Positions 63,735-64,000 of a DNA stretch of 64,000 nt are shown in pieces. The position numbers and the translations under genes were made by a program. The notes below the pieces were generated by a model. The model was not told where the DNA came from. It worked only from the letters and a program-made list of their open reading frames with translations, and ran no database searches. Position 1 is the first letter of the stretch. Each line of letters opens with the position of its first letter. Source of the stretch: an uncultured virus (IMG/VR IMGVR_UViG_3300043434_000216) (Duplodnaviria; Heunggongvirae; Uroviricota; Caudoviricetes); the IMG/VR virus record IMGVR_UViG_3300043434_000216, one strand, 5' to 3'.

Positions 63735-63966
63735 TGTATCAGTTAACCCTTTTACACGCAAGGTTTGTATCGGAGCAAAGGTTAACGGAGTCGGTTCAGA
63801 AGTTATATTAGAATATGATGAATTTAACTTTTGGCAAGAGTTTGTAATGAATGAGCAGATATTTGAAATACTCTTAGAGTATGACTATGAACTGCAAGTC
63901 AGCATATCCGATACATCAGGAAACTATCCCGTAAAACTTAATATAACTTTATTAGATGAATTCTAA
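63718..63966 (+). CDS. Early hypothetical protein
   Basis: 82-aa ORF. Confidence 0.6.
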   Translation: MATKFNVSVNPFTRKVCIGAKVNGVGSEVILEYDEFNFWQEFVMNEQIFEILLEYDYELQVSISDTSGNYPVKLNITLLDEF

Positions 63967-64000
63967 AAACACCTACGTCGACCTCTTAGAGGTTGTCATA

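Noticed and set aside
1..64000. Stop-codon reassignment (alternative genetic code)
   Set aside because: Long genes are intact in code 11, TAG and TGA both serve as stops, and no suppressor tRNA is present

Overview
The window is a large part of a dsDNA tailed phage genome that reads in genetic code 11. The host is probably a Bacteroidota, judged from TTTG-N19-21-TAnnTTTG promoters and A-rich leaders without Shine-Dalgarno sites. Bases 1-13.9 kb (+ strand) hold replication and middle genes: an iteron-containing initiator, DnaB, a PD-(D/E)XK exonuclease, an SSB-like protein, a RusA-like protein, many small paralogous cassettes, and a cluster of aberrant tRNA-like RNAs. Bases 13.9-59.2 kb (- strand) are the late region of a podovirus whose gene order resembles crAss-like/Cellulophaga phages: GroES-like protein, TerS, TerL, portal, scaffold, major capsid protein, structural proteins, a tail fibre with an S74 chaperone, lysis genes (holin, GH19 endolysin), an accessory cell-envelope module (CsgG-like, cohesin/dockerin, lipoprotein, outer-membrane beta-barrel), ring and nozzle proteins, ejection proteins and a 2930-aa polyvalent protein. 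Bases 59.95-64 kb (+ strand) are an early region with a structured leader RNA, a type I hammerhead ribozyme and ArdC. The least explained signals are (i) a 540-bp array of about ten different, helically phased paired sites at 35.57-36.11 kb, (ii) four tRNA-Leu-scaffold RNAs with variable inserted arms and no valid anticodon arm, (iii) a second, inverted copy of the replication-origin iterons upstream of terS, and (iv) the CsgG/cohesin envelope module. All product calls come from motif recognition and gene order; no database search was run.
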